A stretch of 248,000 nt of DNA, from positions 764,001 through 1,012,000 of the forward strand of contig NZ_JMCB01000006.1 of NCBI RefSeq assembly GCF_000737315.1. Direction: 5' to 3'. How positions within the stretch are numbered: the stretch's first letter is position 1; every line of letters begins with the position of its first letter. The position numbers and the translations under genes are program-made. The notes beneath the pieces are model-generated. The model was given only the letters and a program-made list of their open reading frames with translations, did no database searches and was not told the origin of the DNA. Source of the stretch: Hyalangium minutum (GTDB lineage Bacteria > Myxococcota > Myxococcia > Myxococcales > Myxococcaceae). Shown one piece after another: positions 29,984 to 41,600 of the stretch.

Positions 29984-31783
29984 CTACCACCGAGTCTCCG
30001 GCAGCGGGGCGCTGAGGGCCTGCTGCTGCGAGCGCACCAGCCCCATCTTCACCCCCAGCCGGTACAGCGCCTGGGTCTGCTCCAGCACGGGAGCCCAGGG
30101 GGTGGCCACGGAGACGTGGGCGTTGCGCTCATCCTCGCTGTTGTCCCCCGCGCCACCGCCGAGCAGCTCGGAGAGGAGCTCCGCGGCCTCCTTCTTGCGC
30201 GGGTACACCTGGACGCGCACCTCGGCGTCCTTGGAAATCTTCGCCGCGTCCTTGGCCAGCTCCAGCGCCTTGGGCAGGCCGCCCAGCTCGTCCACCAGCT
30301 TGTTCGCCTTGGCGTCCTCGCCCGTCCACACCCGGCCTCGGGCCAGGGACTGGAGCTGCTCCAGCGGCAGGTGGCGCCCCTCGGCCGCCTTCTGCGTGAA
30401 GTCCATGTAGATGCGGTCCAGCATGGCGTCGTTCTTCGACAGCTGCTCCGGGGTGAAGTCGCTGTCGGTGCTGTAGAGGGTGGCGTCCTTGCCGAAGGCG
30501 ATGGTCTCCCAGTTCACCCCCACCTTGGACCAGAAGTCCGCCGTCACCATCTTCCCGCCGAACACGCCGATGCTCCCCGTAAGGGTGCCCGGCTGGGCCA
30601 CAATCTTGTCCGCCTCCATGGACACGAAGTAGCCGCCGCTGGCCGCGTAGGTGGCCATGGAGACGATGACGGGCTTGCCCTTCTCGCGGGCGCGCTGCAC
30701 CTCGCGGCGCACGGTGTCGCTGGCCACGTAGCTGCCGCCCGGGCTGTCCACGCGGAAGACGATGGCCTTCACCCGCTCGTCCTCCGTCGCCTTGCGCAGC
30801 GCCAGCGCCACGCTGTCTCCGCCGAACGTCTGGTCCCCGCTCAGCGGGTTGGAGCTGCTCTTGCCGCGGGAGATGCCGCCCACGCCGTACACCAGCGCAA
30901 TCGTCGAATCCCCCGTGGTGTGCGGCCGGCCCGCGCGCTCCACGTACTTGTCCACGAAGAGCAGCTTGGCGCCCTCGCCCGCCTCCTTCTTCACCTTCTC
31001 CAGCACCTGGTCGCGGTAGAGCAGCCCGTCCACCAGCTTGGCCTCCAGCGCCGCCTGGCCCAGCAGCGGAGCGCGGTCGATGAGCCCCTTCACCTCGTCC
31101 TCGCTGAGCTTCCGGTCCTCGGAGATGCCCCGGACAATCTGGCCGTACATGCTGCCCAGCAGCTTCTCCATGGCCTCCTTGTGGGGAGCGGTGAAGTTCT
31201 GCTCGGTATAGGTGTTGACGGCGTTCTTGTACTCGTAGCGCTGGCCGATGTGCGGCTGCACGCCCACCTTGGCGAACATGTCGCGCGCGAACGGCGTCTC
31301 CATCGCCAGGCCCGTGAGGTTCACGTCGCCTGAGGGCTGGATGTAAACTTCATCGAACGCGGCGGCCAGGTAGTAGGCGCCGGTGCCGTTGCCGCCCTCG
31401 CCAAAGCTGTCCGTGAAGGCGATGGCCTTCTTGCCGCTGGCTCGGAAGGCCTTCACCGCGTCGCGCAGCTCCTGCGCCGAGGCCAGACCGCCCACCTGCT
31501 CCACGCGCACCAGGAGCGCCTTCACCCGGTCGTCCTTGGCGCCCTTCTCCAGCGCGTCCAGCACGTCGCGCATGGTGGTCTCCGGGTTGCCGAACGCACC
31601 CGCCAGCGAGTCCTCCGGCGCCTGCTCGGCCAGGGGATGGGACAAGTCCAGCTCGAGCACCAGGTTGCTCGGCACGCTGGGCTTGCTCGATGCGGCGATG
31701 ACAATCAGGAAGATGAAGCCGAAGAAGCCCAGAATCGACAGGGCACCAATGGTGGCCAGGGCGCCGACGATGAAGCGTTTCAT
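29984..31783 (-). CDS. sppA: Signal peptide peptidase SppA
   Basis: RVDSPGGS, AASGGY, TGSIGV. Confidence 0.92.
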   Translation of the reverse strand: MKRFIVGALATIGALSILGFFGFIFLIVIAASSKPSVPSNLVLELDLSHPLAEQAPEDSLAGAFGNPETTMRDVLDALEKGAKDDRVKALLVRVEQVGGLASAQELRDAVKAFRASGKKAIAFTDSFGEGGNGTGAYYLAAAFDEVYIQPSGDVNLTGLAMETPFARDMFAKVGVQPHIGQRYEYKNAVNTYTEQNFTAPHKEAMEKLLGSMYGQIVRGISEDRKLSEDEVKGLIDRAPLLGQAALEAKLVDGLLYRDQVLEKVKKEAGEGAKLLFVDKYVERAGRPHTTGDSTIALVYGVGGISRGKSSSNPLSGDQTFGGDSVALALRKATEDERVKAIVFRVDSPGGSYVASDTVRREVQRAREKGKPVIVSMATYAASGGYFVSMEADKIVAQPGTLTGSIGVFGGKMVTADFWSKVGVNWETIAFGKDATLYSTDSDFTPEQLSKNDAMLDRIYMDFTQKAAEGRHLPLEQLQSLARGRVWTGEDAKANKLVDELGGLPKALELAKDAAKISKDAEVRVQVYPRKKEAAELLSELLGGGAGDNSEDERNAHVSVATPWAPVLEQTQALYRLGVKMGLVRSQQQALSAPLPETRW

Positions 31784-31993
31784 GGGGAGACAGACTCCTC
31801 GGGCCGATAAATGGGCGGCCCCAAACGGTCCTTACTACTAACGAGGCCCCGGGACGATCTTCCATCCGTTGGGTGTCCAACGCCTCACGCGGGTCCACTC
31901 GGGCATGCGAGCGAACGGCGGTTTCTCGGGATGACGGGTAAGGTTCGCAGGGTTGGTAGCGCCGTGCACCCCCATCTGACTCGCGAGGCCGGC

Positions 31994-34825
31994 ATGCGAC
32001 GTGCCCCCCTGTCCCTCTTCACCGCCCTGCTGCTCGCGGTGTCCCCCACCCTGGCCCTGGCTCAGGCCCCGGGCGCCACCGTCCAGAAGGCTCAAGCCTC
32101 GAAGGCCGCTTCCCCGGCCCAGGCGAAGCCGGGCCCGCTTGCCCCCGTGGCGAGCGTCGAGGGCATCAACGAGTACCGCCTGCCCAACGGGCTGCGCGTC
32201 GTGCTCTTCCCAGACCCCACGAAGCCCACCGTCACGGTGAACGTGACGTACTTCGTCGGCAGCAAGCACGAGGGCTACGGCGAGGCCGGCATGGCCCACC
32301 TGCTCGAGCACCTGCTGTTCAAGGGCACTCCCACCACGGGGAACATTCCGCAGGCGCTCACCGAGCGCGGTGCGCGCCCCAACGGCACCACGTGGCTGGA
32401 CCGGACCAACTACTTCGAGACGCTGCCGGCCTCGGACGCGAACCTTTCGTGGGCGTTGACCTTCGAAGCGGACCGCATGGTCAACAGCTTCATCGCCAAG
32501 AAGGACCTGGACAGCGAGATGACGGTGGTGCGCAACGAGCTGGAGCGCGGGGAGAATGATCCGCACTCGGTGCTGCTGCGCCGGGTGATGAGCTCCGCGT
32601 ACCTGTTCCACAACTATGGCAAGCCCACCATCGGCACGCGCGCGGACGTGGAGAACGTGCCGATTGACCGGCTCCAGGCGTTCTACCGGAAGTACTACCG
32701 GCCGGATAACGCGATGCTCGTGGTGGCCGGCCGCTTCGAGGAGGCCAAGGCGCTGCAGCTCATCCAGAACACGTTCGGCAAGCTGAAGCTGCCCGCGCAG
32801 CCCGTGCCCCGCACCTACACCGAGGAGCCCACCCAGGACGGCGAGCGCGAGGTGACGCTGCGCCGCGTGGGCGAGACGGGAGCGCTCATCTCCACCTACC
32901 ACGTGCCCGAGGGCGCCCACCCGGACTTCGCCGCCATCGACGTGCTCACCGAGGTGCTCGGCGACACGCCGTCGGGGCGGCTCTACAAGGCGCTGGTGGA
33001 GCCGAAGAAGGCCGCGCGCGCGTTCGCGTACAACCTGCAGCTGCAGGATCCGGGTGTGCTCGTCTTCCGGGCGCAGCTGCGTGAAGGCCAGTCCATGGAG
33101 GCCGCGCGGGAGGTGCTGGTGAAGACGGTGGAGGAGGCCGCTCGGACGCCGTTCACCGCCGAGGAGGTGAACCGCGCGAAGACGAGCCTGCTCAAGCAGG
33201 TGGAGCTGATCCTCAACGACTCGGAGCGCTCGGCCATCCTGCTCTCGGAGTGGGCCGCCATCGGTGACTGGCGCCTGTTCTTCCTGCACCGGGACCGCAT
33301 CGAGGCCGTGAAGCCCGAGGATGTGACGCGCGTGGCGGCCACGTACCTGAAGACGTCGAACCGGACGCTGGGCGAGTTCATCCCGACGCCGAAGCCGGAC
33401 CGCGCGGAGATGCCGCCGCGGGTGGACATGGCCGCGATGCTGAAGGGCTACCAGGGCCGCGCCGCCGTGGCGCAAGGCGAGGCGTTCGACCCGTCGCCTG
33501 CGAACATCGAGGCGCGCGTGCAGCGCTCGCAGTTGCCCGGTGGGCTGAAGCTGGCGCTGCTGCCCAAGAAGACGCGCGGAGAGATGGTGAGCGTGGCGCT
33601 CAACCTGCGCTGGGGCACCGAGAAGGCGGTGATGGGCAAGGAGTACTCAGCGAACATGGCGGGCTCGCTGCTCTTGCGCGGGACGAAGACGAAGACCCGC
33701 CAGCAGCTCCAGGACGCGTTCGACCGGCTCAAGGCGCGGGTGAGCGTGGACGGTGGGCCCATGGGTGCGTCCGTCTCGGTGGAGACGAAGCGCGAGAACC
33801 TGCCCGAGGTGCTGCGGCTGGTGGCCGAGGTGCTGCGAGAGCCCGCCTTCGACGCGCAGGAGTTCGCGCTGCTGCAGCAGGAGCGGCTCGCGGGGATGGA
33901 GAAGTCCCGCTCGGAGCCGGACACGCAGGGCACCTATGCGTACCGCCGGCTGCTGGGCAGCCAGTACCCCAAGGGCCACCCGTACTACGCGCCCACGGTG
34001 GAGGAGGACCTCGCCGGAGTGAAGGGCGTGACGCTGGAGCAGGTGCGCGCGTTCTACCGTGACTTCTATGGGGCCTCGAATGGCGAGCTGGGCGCGGTGG
34101 GTGACTTCGAGCCGAAGGAGCTCTCGGCGCTGGTGGGCGAGCTGTTCAACGGGTGGAAGAGCCCGTCGCCCTACGTGCGAATTCCGCAGACTTTCAACGA
34201 CGTGGGCGCGAAGGCCCAGGCCCTGGAGACGCCGGACAAGGCCAACGCCTTCTTCATGGCCGGGCAGAACCTCCAGCTGAAGGACGATGATCAGGACTGG
34301 CCGGCGCTGATGGTGGGCAACTTCATGTTCGGGGGAGGCTTCCTGAACTCGCGGCTGGCCACGCGCATCCGCCAGAAGGACGGCCTGTCCTATGGAGTGG
34401 GCAGCGGCCTCAACGCGGGGGCGGTGGATCCGGTGGGCTCGTTCTACGCCTACGCCATCTACGCGCCGCAGAACGCCGAGAAGCTGGAGGCCGCGCTGCG
34501 CGAGGAGCTGAGCCTGGCGCTGGAGAAGGGCTTCAAGCCCGAGGAGCTGGAGAAGGCGCGCGCGGGCCTGCTGGAGTACCGGCAGACGGGGCGTGCGCAG
34601 GACGGAGGGCTGGCGCGGACGCTGGCCAACTACCTGTTCCTCGGGAGGACGCTGGACTACGACGCCCAGCTCGAGCAGCGCATGGCGAAGCTGACGCCCG
34701 ACGACGTGCGCCAGGCGCTCGCGCGGCACGTGGATGCCAAGAAGCTCACCGTGGTGAAGGCGGGAGACTTCGAGGGGGCGAAGAAGAAGGAGAAGGCGCC
34801 GGTTCCCGCGAACGCCGCGCCCTGA
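31994..34825 (+). CDS. M16 zinc peptidase (PqqL-like, full length)
   Basis: GMAHLLEHLLF, two M16 halves. Confidence 0.9.
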   Translation: MRRAPLSLFTALLLAVSPTLALAQAPGATVQKAQASKAASPAQAKPGPLAPVASVEGINEYRLPNGLRVVLFPDPTKPTVTVNVTYFVGSKHEGYGEAGMAHLLEHLLFKGTPTTGNIPQALTERGARPNGTTWLDRTNYFETLPASDANLSWALTFEADRMVNSFIAKKDLDSEMTVVRNELERGENDPHSVLLRRVMSSAYLFHNYGKPTIGTRADVENVPIDRLQAFYRKYYRPDNAMLVVAGRFEEAKALQLIQNTFGKLKLPAQPVPRTYTEEPTQDGEREVTLRRVGETGALISTYHVPEGAHPDFAAIDVLTEVLGDTPSGRLYKALVEPKKAARAFAYNLQLQDPGVLVFRAQLREGQSMEAAREVLVKTVEEAARTPFTAEEVNRAKTSLLKQVELILNDSERSAILLSEWAAIGDWRLFFLHRDRIEAVKPEDVTRVAATYLKTSNRTLGEFIPTPKPDRAEMPPRVDMAAMLKGYQGRAAVAQGEAFDPSPANIEARVQRSQLPGGLKLALLPKKTRGEMVSVALNLRWGTEKAVMGKEYSANMAGSLLLRGTKTKTRQQLQDAFDRLKARVSVDGGPMGASVSVETKRENLPEVLRLVAEVLREPAFDAQEFALLQQERLAGMEKSRSEPDTQGTYAYRRLLGSQYPKGHPYYAPTVEEDLAGVKGVTLEQVRAFYRDFYGASNGELGAVGDFEPKELSALVGELFNGWKSPSPYVRIPQTFNDVGAKAQALETPDKANAFFMAGQNLQLKDDDQDWPALMVGNFMFGGGFLNSRLATRIRQKDGLSYGVGSGLNAGAVDPVGSFYAYAIYAPQNAEKLEAALREELSLALEKGFKPEELEKARAGLLEYRQTGRAQDGGLARTLANYLFLGRTLDYDAQLEQRMAKLTPDDVRQALARHVDAKKLTVVKAGDFEGAKKKEKAPVPANAAP

Positions 34826-34835
34826 GTGCGCCGGA

Positions 34836-36602
34836 CTACTCTTCGAGGTTGAGCTTGACGATCTTGTTCTCGCCCGGCTTGAGCTCCACCTGTTGGATCT
34901 TGGTCTTCTTGAGCTCTTCGTTGACGAACTTCACGGTGTAGGTACCCGAGGGCAGCTCCACCGCGTCAAAGGGCGTCTGCCCGTAGTTCTTCCCGTTGAT
35001 GAAGATGGTGGCGAACGGGCGGACACGGAACGCCAGGGTCCCCTTGCCTCCGGACTTGGCCGTCTTCGAGCCCGTCCGAGTCTTGGGCGTTTGGGTCTTG
35101 GGCGTCGTGGGCTCGGACTCCGGCGTGGGCGTCTCGGGCGCCGTGGCCACCTCTGGCGGCTGTGTCTCCGGGGGTGGCGTGTTCTCGGGAGGCGTCTCGG
35201 GCGTGGGCGTCTGCGCGAGCTCCTCCGGCTTGGGCGTGGGAGGCGCCTCCTTCACCGGAGGAGTGTCCGCGACGATGGGCGGTGTCACCGGGGGCGGTGT
35301 CGGGCCCGAGCGTGACAGCCAGTAGCCACCGCCCCCCAGGAGCAGCACGGCCACGAGCGCGGCGGGGATCGCCATCCTCTTTCCAGGAGAGGCCTCCGGA
35401 GGCGGTGCCTTCTTGGAAGGGGCTGCGTCGGGCGTCTCCAGCTGCTGGGTGCGCTCGACGACGATGGGCTCGGGCTCTGAGAGAGGCTGAGCGGGCGCCT
35501 GCTGACCCTTCAGGAGCGTGGGATCCAGCGGCGCGGACTTCGTCGAGGACCTCAAGCCCGAACCACTGGAGCGGGGACCGGTGCCACCGCCGGTGGCCGG
35601 GACGGGCGTGTGAGCCGGAGTCGCGGAGGACCGAGGCCCGCTGCCGCCGCGCGGCGTGCCGTGAGGCGTGGGCATCGGCGAGTCGGAGCTGGGCGACACC
35701 TGGGCGATCAGCTGGACGATGTGCTGGGTCGTCACGGGCTTGCCCACGGAGAGGATGAACTCCTCCAGGTCCGCCGCGAGCGCGAGGCAGTCCGGGTAAC
35801 GCTGCTCGCGATCCTTGGCCAGCGCGCGATCGAGGATGCGCAGGAGGGGCTCGGAGAGATCCGGCCGGTGTTGCGCGGCAGGCACCATGGGCTCGAAGAG
35901 GATGGCCTGCATGGTGCTGGCATCCGTCTCGGACTCGAACGGCTTGCAGCCGGTGACGAGCTCGTAGAGCACCACGCCGAGCGCATACACATCCACGCGC
36001 CGGTCCAGGGCCTTGGCGCGGATCTGCTCGGGGGGCATGTACGCGAGCTTGCCTTTGATGACGCCGCTCTGCGTCTTGTGGCCTTGGCTGGCGGACTTGG
36101 CGATGCCGAAGTCCACCACCTTCACGGCGCCCTGGCGCGACACGAGGATGTTGTCCGGGCTGATGTCGCGGTGGATGAGGCCGATCGGCTCGCCCGTCTC
36201 GGGGTCGGCGAAGTCGTGGGCGAAGGCGAGCCCCTCGCAGGCCGAGGCGATGAGCCGGGCGCAGACGGCGGGAGGTAGCTCGAGACCGGCGGTCTGGGCG
36301 CGCTTGAGGAGCACACGGAGGTTGGGCCCGTCGATGTACTCCATGGCGAGGAAGTACTCGCCGTCGGCCTCACCGAAGTCGAAGATCTGAACGATGTGGG
36401 GGTGGTTGAGCTGGGCGGCGAGCTTGGCCTCGGAGAGGAACATCTCGACGAAGGCGGGGTCCTCGGCGAGGTGCGGGAGGATGCGCTTGACGACGAGCGT
36501 CTTCTCGAAGCCCATGGGGCCTGCGGCCTTGGCGAGGAAGACTTCGGCCATGCCGCCAGTGGCGAGCTTGCGGATCAACTGGTACTTGCCGAGCTGCTGC
36601 AT
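34836..36602 (-). CDS. Ser/Thr protein kinase with TM helix and PEGA-like domain
   Basis: [23 protein letters not shown]. Confidence 0.92.
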   Translation of the reverse strand: MQQLGKYQLIRKLATGGMAEVFLAKAAGPMGFEKTLVVKRILPHLAEDPAFVEMFLSEAKLAAQLNHPHIVQIFDFGEADGEYFLAMEYIDGPNLRVLLKRAQTAGLELPPAVCARLIASACEGLAFAHDFADPETGEPIGLIHRDISPDNILVSRQGAVKVVDFGIAKSASQGHKTQSGVIKGKLAYMPPEQIRAKALDRRVDVYALGVVLYELVTGCKPFESETDASTMQAILFEPMVPAAQHRPDLSEPLLRILDRALAKDREQRYPDCLALAADLEEFILSVGKPVTTQHIVQLIAQVSPSSDSPMPTPHGTPRGGSGPRSSATPAHTPVPATGGGTGPRSSGSGLRSSTKSAPLDPTLLKGQQAPAQPLSEPEPIVVERTQQLETPDAAPSKKAPPPEASPGKRMAIPAALVAVLLLGGGGYWLSRSGPTPPPVTPPIVADTPPVKEAPPTPKPEELAQTPTPETPPENTPPPETQPPEVATAPETPTPESEPTTPKTQTPKTRTGSKTAKSGGKGTLAFRVRPFATIFINGKNYGQTPFDAVELPSGTYTVKFVNEELKKTKIQQVELKPGENKIVKLNLEE

Positions 36603-37322
36603 GAGGAGACGCTCGCACAGAGTCGGTCCGAGGGGAATTCCATACCCCTTTGGGAGAGGGTGGGGGGCGAGGGGGTGGCTTCTAGCATCCCACCCTCATG
36701 GGCTACCCTCTTCTTCACGCGTCCCGAGGCCTCGCGGTGTGCTTGCTCGCGGTGGGCCTCATTCCTGGCGTTGTTTGGGCACAAGACGACTTCCACCGGT
36801 ACTTCTCCGAGGCGGTGAAGCTCTACAACCGGGGAGAGAACGAGCAGGCGCTCGAGCAGTTCCAGCAGGCGAAGGCGCGCACCTACGTGGTCCAGCAGGA
36901 CGTGGTGGTGGCGCTGTACGAGGGGCTGATCCTCTTGGAGTTGGGGCCGAAGGAGAAGGCGCTCGCGGCGCTGGAGACGGGGCTGCTGCTGGATCCGGAC
37001 GCGGAGCTTCCGGTCATGGTCTCGCCGAAGGTGAAGGAGGAGTTCGAGGCGCTGCGCGAGAAGGTTCGGAAGAAACTGGCGCGGAGGGAGTCAGCAAAAG
37101 CGGAGGATATGCCGACGAGGGCAAAGCTTGATCCGACGGAGGCGTCAAAGCAGAAGCTCTTCGAGCCACGGTCGGGATTGGCTCAGCAGTCACGGATGCG
37201 TGTGCCTGCAGTACCGCTGGCCCTAGCGGGCGTGGGAGTAGTGGCGGCGGGAGTGGGTGCGGTGCTCGGGAACCTGTCAAACACCAATGCCCACAAGGCC
37301 AATGATGCGTACAAGAACGGGC

Positions 37323-38878
37323 GTAACCGTTCACGGGTTTGGAAGCTGGTAGAGGGGGAAGCAGGCAGGGCACGAGCCGACATGAGAGGTAGGGCGTGGA
37401 GTGTTCTACCTACAGGGTGAGCACGTCCGAGTCCATACCGGCCCAAGTGGTCCAACTGCAGGTGCTGCTGGGAGCAGCGCTGGAGAGGATACGGCAGTTG
37501 GAGCAAGAGAACGCCCAGCTGCGAGAACGGCTGGGGCAGAACTCGACCAATTCCTCAAGAGCTCCGTCAAGCGATCCTCCCGGGACAGCCCGGGCCCAGA
37601 AGAAGAAGAAGCGTCGAGGGCGGCGTCCCGGAGGGCAGCCGGGTCATCCCAAGCACGAGCGAGCCTGGGTGCCGCTGCAGAGCGTGGATGAGGTGGTGGA
37701 GCTGGTACCCGAGCAATGTCAGCAGTGTCAGCGCAAGCTGAAGGGCCAGGACTCCGAGCCCCAGAGGCATCAGGTGGTGGAAGTGGAGCCTTTGAAGGCG
37801 CGGGTGACGGAGTACCGCAGCCACCAGGTGAGGTGTCAGCAGTGCGGCCTCCTGACGCGAGCGGACGTGCCGGCTGAGGCGCGCAGTGCATTTGGGGAGC
37901 GTTTGGGTGCGAGCATGAGCCTGCTGGTGGGCAAGTACCGGCTGAGCAAGAGGCTGGTGTGCGAAGTGCTGTCGGACCTGGGAGGCGTGCAGGTGTCGGT
38001 GGGCAGCGTGTCCAACCTGGAGCAGCACATGAGCGCGGCGCTGCAAGCGCCCGTGGAGTAGGCGCGCCAGTACGTGCGGAACGCGGAGGTGGTCCACGCT
38101 GACGAGACGGGGTGGACCCAGGGCGTGAAGCAGGGGCGAGCAGCACGCGCTTGGTTGTGGACGGTGGCCAGCGCCCTGGTGGTGGTGTTTCAAGTCGCCC
38201 TGAGCCGTGGGCGCCAGGTCATCCAGGGGCTGCTGGGCAAGGACTTTGTCGGCTGGCTCATCACCGATAGGTGGAGCGGCTACGACTGGTACGACCCGGG
38301 GCTGCGCCAGGTGTGCTGGTCGCACCTGACGCGTGACTTCCAAGGGTTCATTGACAGAGCAGGCCCAGGCGGGCGTATCGGCCGCGATCTGATGGCCCAG
38401 CGCAACCGAATGTTCAAGTGGTGGCACCGCGTGCGCGACGGCACGTTGGAGCGCCAGGAATTTCAGAAGCGGATGCGCAAGGTCGAGCGGCGCGTGGGAG
38501 CGCTGCTGCGGCAGGCGCTCGGGTGCGGGCAGAAGAAGACGGCAGGGGTGGCCCGGCGAATCCTTCGGCTGGAGAAGTGCCTGTGGGTGTTCGTGGACGT
38601 GCCGGGCGTGGAGCCGACCAACAACGCCGGCGAGCGCGCCCTGCGCCAAGGCGTCATCTATCGCAAGCTCTCGTTTGGCACCCGAAGCGAGCGCGGCAGC
38701 CGCTTTGTCGAGCGCATCCTCACGGTCGTCACGACGCTCAAGCAACAGAGGCGAAATCCGTTGGAGTTCCTGACACAGGCGCTGTGGGCTTATCGTCGGG
38801 GCTTGCCTGCACCGTCGCTTCTGCCCACTGCCGCTGGGGCTCAGGTGGCTGTCGCTTCCTGAGCCGGTGAACGGTTAC
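37323..38878 (+). mobile_element. IS66-family insertion sequence
   Basis: Terminal IRs GTAACCGTTCAC / GTGAACGGTTAC; 8 bp TSD GAACGGGC at 37315-37322 and 38879-38886. Confidence 0.92.
37396..38862 (+). pseudogene. IS66 transposase with in-frame TAG at 38059-38061
   Basis: NSSRAPSSD, GGQPGH, zinc finger, HADETGW, PTNNAGERALR. Confidence 0.85.
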
Positions 38879-39055
38879 GAACGGGCTTCCACCTCAAACA
38901 GACCTGCCTCGCATAGTGCAGGTCTTGGATGACGCTCATCGAGAGGCGCGCACTGCCAACATCATGTTGGGCACGGCAGCGCTCGCTGTAGGTGGAGCCG
39001 TCGTGACGTGGTTGCTCATGGGTGATGACAGCGACTCTGCATCACAGGAGGAACG

Positions 39056-41248
39056 GTGATGCGCTCCACTGGATGGGCGTGGGCCCTTTGGCTGGTGACG
39101 AGTTGCACGGTGCCGGAGAATGGAGTGAAGAGGTGTGTCGTCGACACGGACTGTGGAGAAGGCGGGCGCTGCGACCTGAGCCTCAGTCTTTGCTACCAAG
39201 GTGGCACGGAACCCGAGAGCGGCGTGTGCGATCCGGCCTGCGCTGCCTATGAAGCTTGCACAACTGCGGGATGCCAGCCGCGGTTCGCGTCGCTGAAGTT
39301 CCTGAGCCCGGCCAACAACGCAGTGGTGAGCGCCGGGACAGTGCAGGTGCAGGTCCAACTCGTGGCCAATCCCACTTACGCTGAGACGACCCAGTATCCG
39401 GAAACGCTGGACTTCAGAGCCTCACGAAATGACGGTGGCAGCGACGTAGGTGCTTTTGGGGCTGTGACCCGGGACGGAGATACGTACACGGTCACCTGGA
39501 CGCGGCCGTCCGCTCAGGCCCAGCTCATCTTGACTGCCGCTCATCCAACGCCCGCCGCCGACCTGAGTGCTTCCGTGACGGTGCAGGTGGATGCGGTTGC
39601 ACCCACCTTCACCATCAACTTTCCCGATCCAACGCGCATCCCCGGAGGTCCCAACCAGGCCGAGCCGAGGGACAGCGACACTGACTACCCGAAGGCCTAT
39701 CGCCGGGATGAGTCCGTCACTGTGGCGATCTCCGCCAACGAGCCCGTGAGCGACGTGGTGCTGACGGTATCCGGCATCGCCTCAGGAGGAGGCGTCGGTC
39801 AGGCTCTGGCTCCCAAGCCTGTACAGGCTGGTGGGACGTGCGACGGCAGTCCGGTGTTCTGTGGGACCGCGACTGTGGACCTGTATGAGCCCGAGATGAG
39901 GGAGTTCCGGGGCACCATGCAGTTCCAGGTCGAAGGAGTCGATGCCGCAGGCAATCGAGGCTCGGCGACAGTGGGTCTCAAGGTGACGCGCTGGAAGTGG
40001 GCGTTTGATGGCGGTGGAACTATCAAGGCCAGTCCCGCCCTGGGAGAGAAGGGCGTCGTCTATTTCGGAACCGCTGCCACTGCGGGCAAGGTCTTCGCGA
40101 TCGAGCCAAGCGGCAAGAGGAAGTGGGAGGTGGATGTCGAGGCCGTGGAGGGGAGTCCCGCTGTGGGTGCCTTCGCCAATGGGACGGAACTGGTGTACGT
40201 GGCGAGCAACTTCGCAGGTGGTGCATCAGGTACTCGGCTCCGCGCGATCAACGGAGATCTTGGTAGTGTGATCAACACCCCCTGCACGTTCTCCGTAGTA
40301 ACCGGCACTCCCCCTTCCTCGATCAGCGCAGCCGCCGTGACGGCAACGACCCTCAGCAGCACTCCTGTGGAGACAGGGCTGTTTGTGGTCTCAGGTAACC
40401 ATGGCAGCGCTGTTGGCTTGCGCCCCACGAGTGCGGGGGCAAACTCCGTGGGATGCGTGAACTCGGATAGCTCACAGGGGATGTCCAACTCGACCGCAGG
40501 CGGCGGGCTGGTGGCAACCAGCACAGGCCAGTTTGCTTACCCGACCGACACTCGACGCATGGTGAAGTATGCCTTCGGCAACTCAACTCCGCTGTGGACC
40601 GCCACGCCAGGAGGCAGTTCGGGACAGCGGGTTTTCGGCATGGCGCTGTTGGTGAATACCCTGGTGGGTAGTGGTGGCAACGACTTCGATCAGGGAGGGG
40701 TGTTCCAGATCGCGTTCGATTCCACCGGAACTCCACCTGCCAATGCGCTGCCCGACACGGACAATGGTCGTGTCAACCAGCTTGTCGCGACGGCCGACAA
40801 CAAGGCCTATTTCGGCCGTGAGTATGCGGGCCCTAGCAACCTGTTGGCCCGTTACGATTTGTCTATCCCAGCGGTGGCCCAGGCGAGCCCTGCGCCCGGT
40901 GTTCTCTCTGCGGCGCCAGTCATTGGCTCGGATGGGCGGTTGTACACCGTTAACAGGTCGGGAGAACTGGCTGTGTGGGCCACTTCAGACCTCTCCAACC
41001 AGTGGAGGCTGTCGAACCTTGGGGTGAACATCGAAGCCTCGCCGACGCTAGACTGTGCGCGCGGCTTAAACGGCACTCCCGTGGGAGCCAATCGCCCAGG
41101 TGTCCTCTACGTCGCAGCGGGTAATAAGCTTCACGCTTTCGTCGTGGACAGCCCGCGGCTGCTCAAGGACCCCAACAGCTGGCCCAAGTTCCAGCACGAC
41201 GTGCGGAACACCGGCAACCCGGCTACTCCCATCACCAACTGCCCGTAG
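39056..41248 (+). CDS. Lipoprotein with Ig-like and beta-propeller (PQQ-like) domains
   Basis: Lipobox VTSC, Cys-rich N-terminus, WPKFQHDVRNTG end. Confidence 0.7.
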   Translation: MMRSTGWAWALWLVTSCTVPENGVKRCVVDTDCGEGGRCDLSLSLCYQGGTEPESGVCDPACAAYEACTTAGCQPRFASLKFLSPANNAVVSAGTVQVQVQLVANPTYAETTQYPETLDFRASRNDGGSDVGAFGAVTRDGDTYTVTWTRPSAQAQLILTAAHPTPAADLSASVTVQVDAVAPTFTINFPDPTRIPGGPNQAEPRDSDTDYPKAYRRDESVTVAISANEPVSDVVLTVSGIASGGGVGQALAPKPVQAGGTCDGSPVFCGTATVDLYEPEMREFRGTMQFQVEGVDAAGNRGSATVGLKVTRWKWAFDGGGTIKASPALGEKGVVYFGTAATAGKVFAIEPSGKRKWEVDVEAVEGSPAVGAFANGTELVYVASNFAGGASGTRLRAINGDLGSVINTPCTFSVVTGTPPSSISAAAVTATTLSSTPVETGLFVVSGNHGSAVGLRPTSAGANSVGCVNSDSSQGMSNSTAGGGLVATSTGQFAYPTDTRRMVKYAFGNSTPLWTATPGGSSGQRVFGMALLVNTLVGSGGNDFDQGGVFQIAFDSTGTPPANALPDTDNGRVNQLVATADNKAYFGREYAGPSNLLARYDLSIPAVAQASPAPGVLSAAPVIGSDGRLYTVNRSGELAVWATSDLSNQWRLSNLGVNIEASPTLDCARGLNGTPVGANRPGVLYVAAGNKLHAFVVDSPRLLKDPNSWPKFQHDVRNTGNPATPITNCP

Positions 41249-41257
41249 AATGCCTGG

Positions 41258-41575
41258 GTGATGCGGATCTCGATCTGGCGGTGGTGCCTGTTGGTAGTGA
41301 GTGCAGTGGCGCTCGTGGCTTGCTCCTCGAGCCGGAGCGAGGCGACGAAGCCCAGTCCTCAGGAGGGCACGGAGCAGTCCACGCCTCAGGTGCCGCCTCC
41401 GCCTGTGGTACCGCCCCCAGAGCCAGTTCCGGCTCCGCCTCCCATCCCGCGCACGCCTCCCGCGTCCCCGCGCTGTGGCCCCGACGAGATGGACTGCTGC
41501 GGCGCCTGCATCCCCAGGTCCGAGAAGCGGTGCCCCGAGAACATCCACTGCCCTACGGCAGCTCCCGAGAAGTAA
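41258..41575 (+). CDS. Small Pro/Cys-rich lipoprotein
   Basis: Lipobox LVAC, C-terminal Cys cluster. Confidence 0.55.
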   Translation: MMRISIWRWCLLVVSAVALVACSSSRSEATKPSPQEGTEQSTPQVPPPPVVPPPEPVPAPPPIPRTPPASPRCGPDEMDCCGACIPRSEKRCPENIHCPTAAPEK

Positions 41576-41600
41576 GCAACAACCGCGCTAAATCGAGTCC

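Larger units (their letters stand above)
36698..39059 (+). pseudogene. Exported TPR-like protein gene interrupted by IS66
   Basis: Removing the IS and one TSD restores ..AYKNG-LPPQTDLPR..SQEER-stop, overlapping the next GTG start. Confidence 0.8.
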
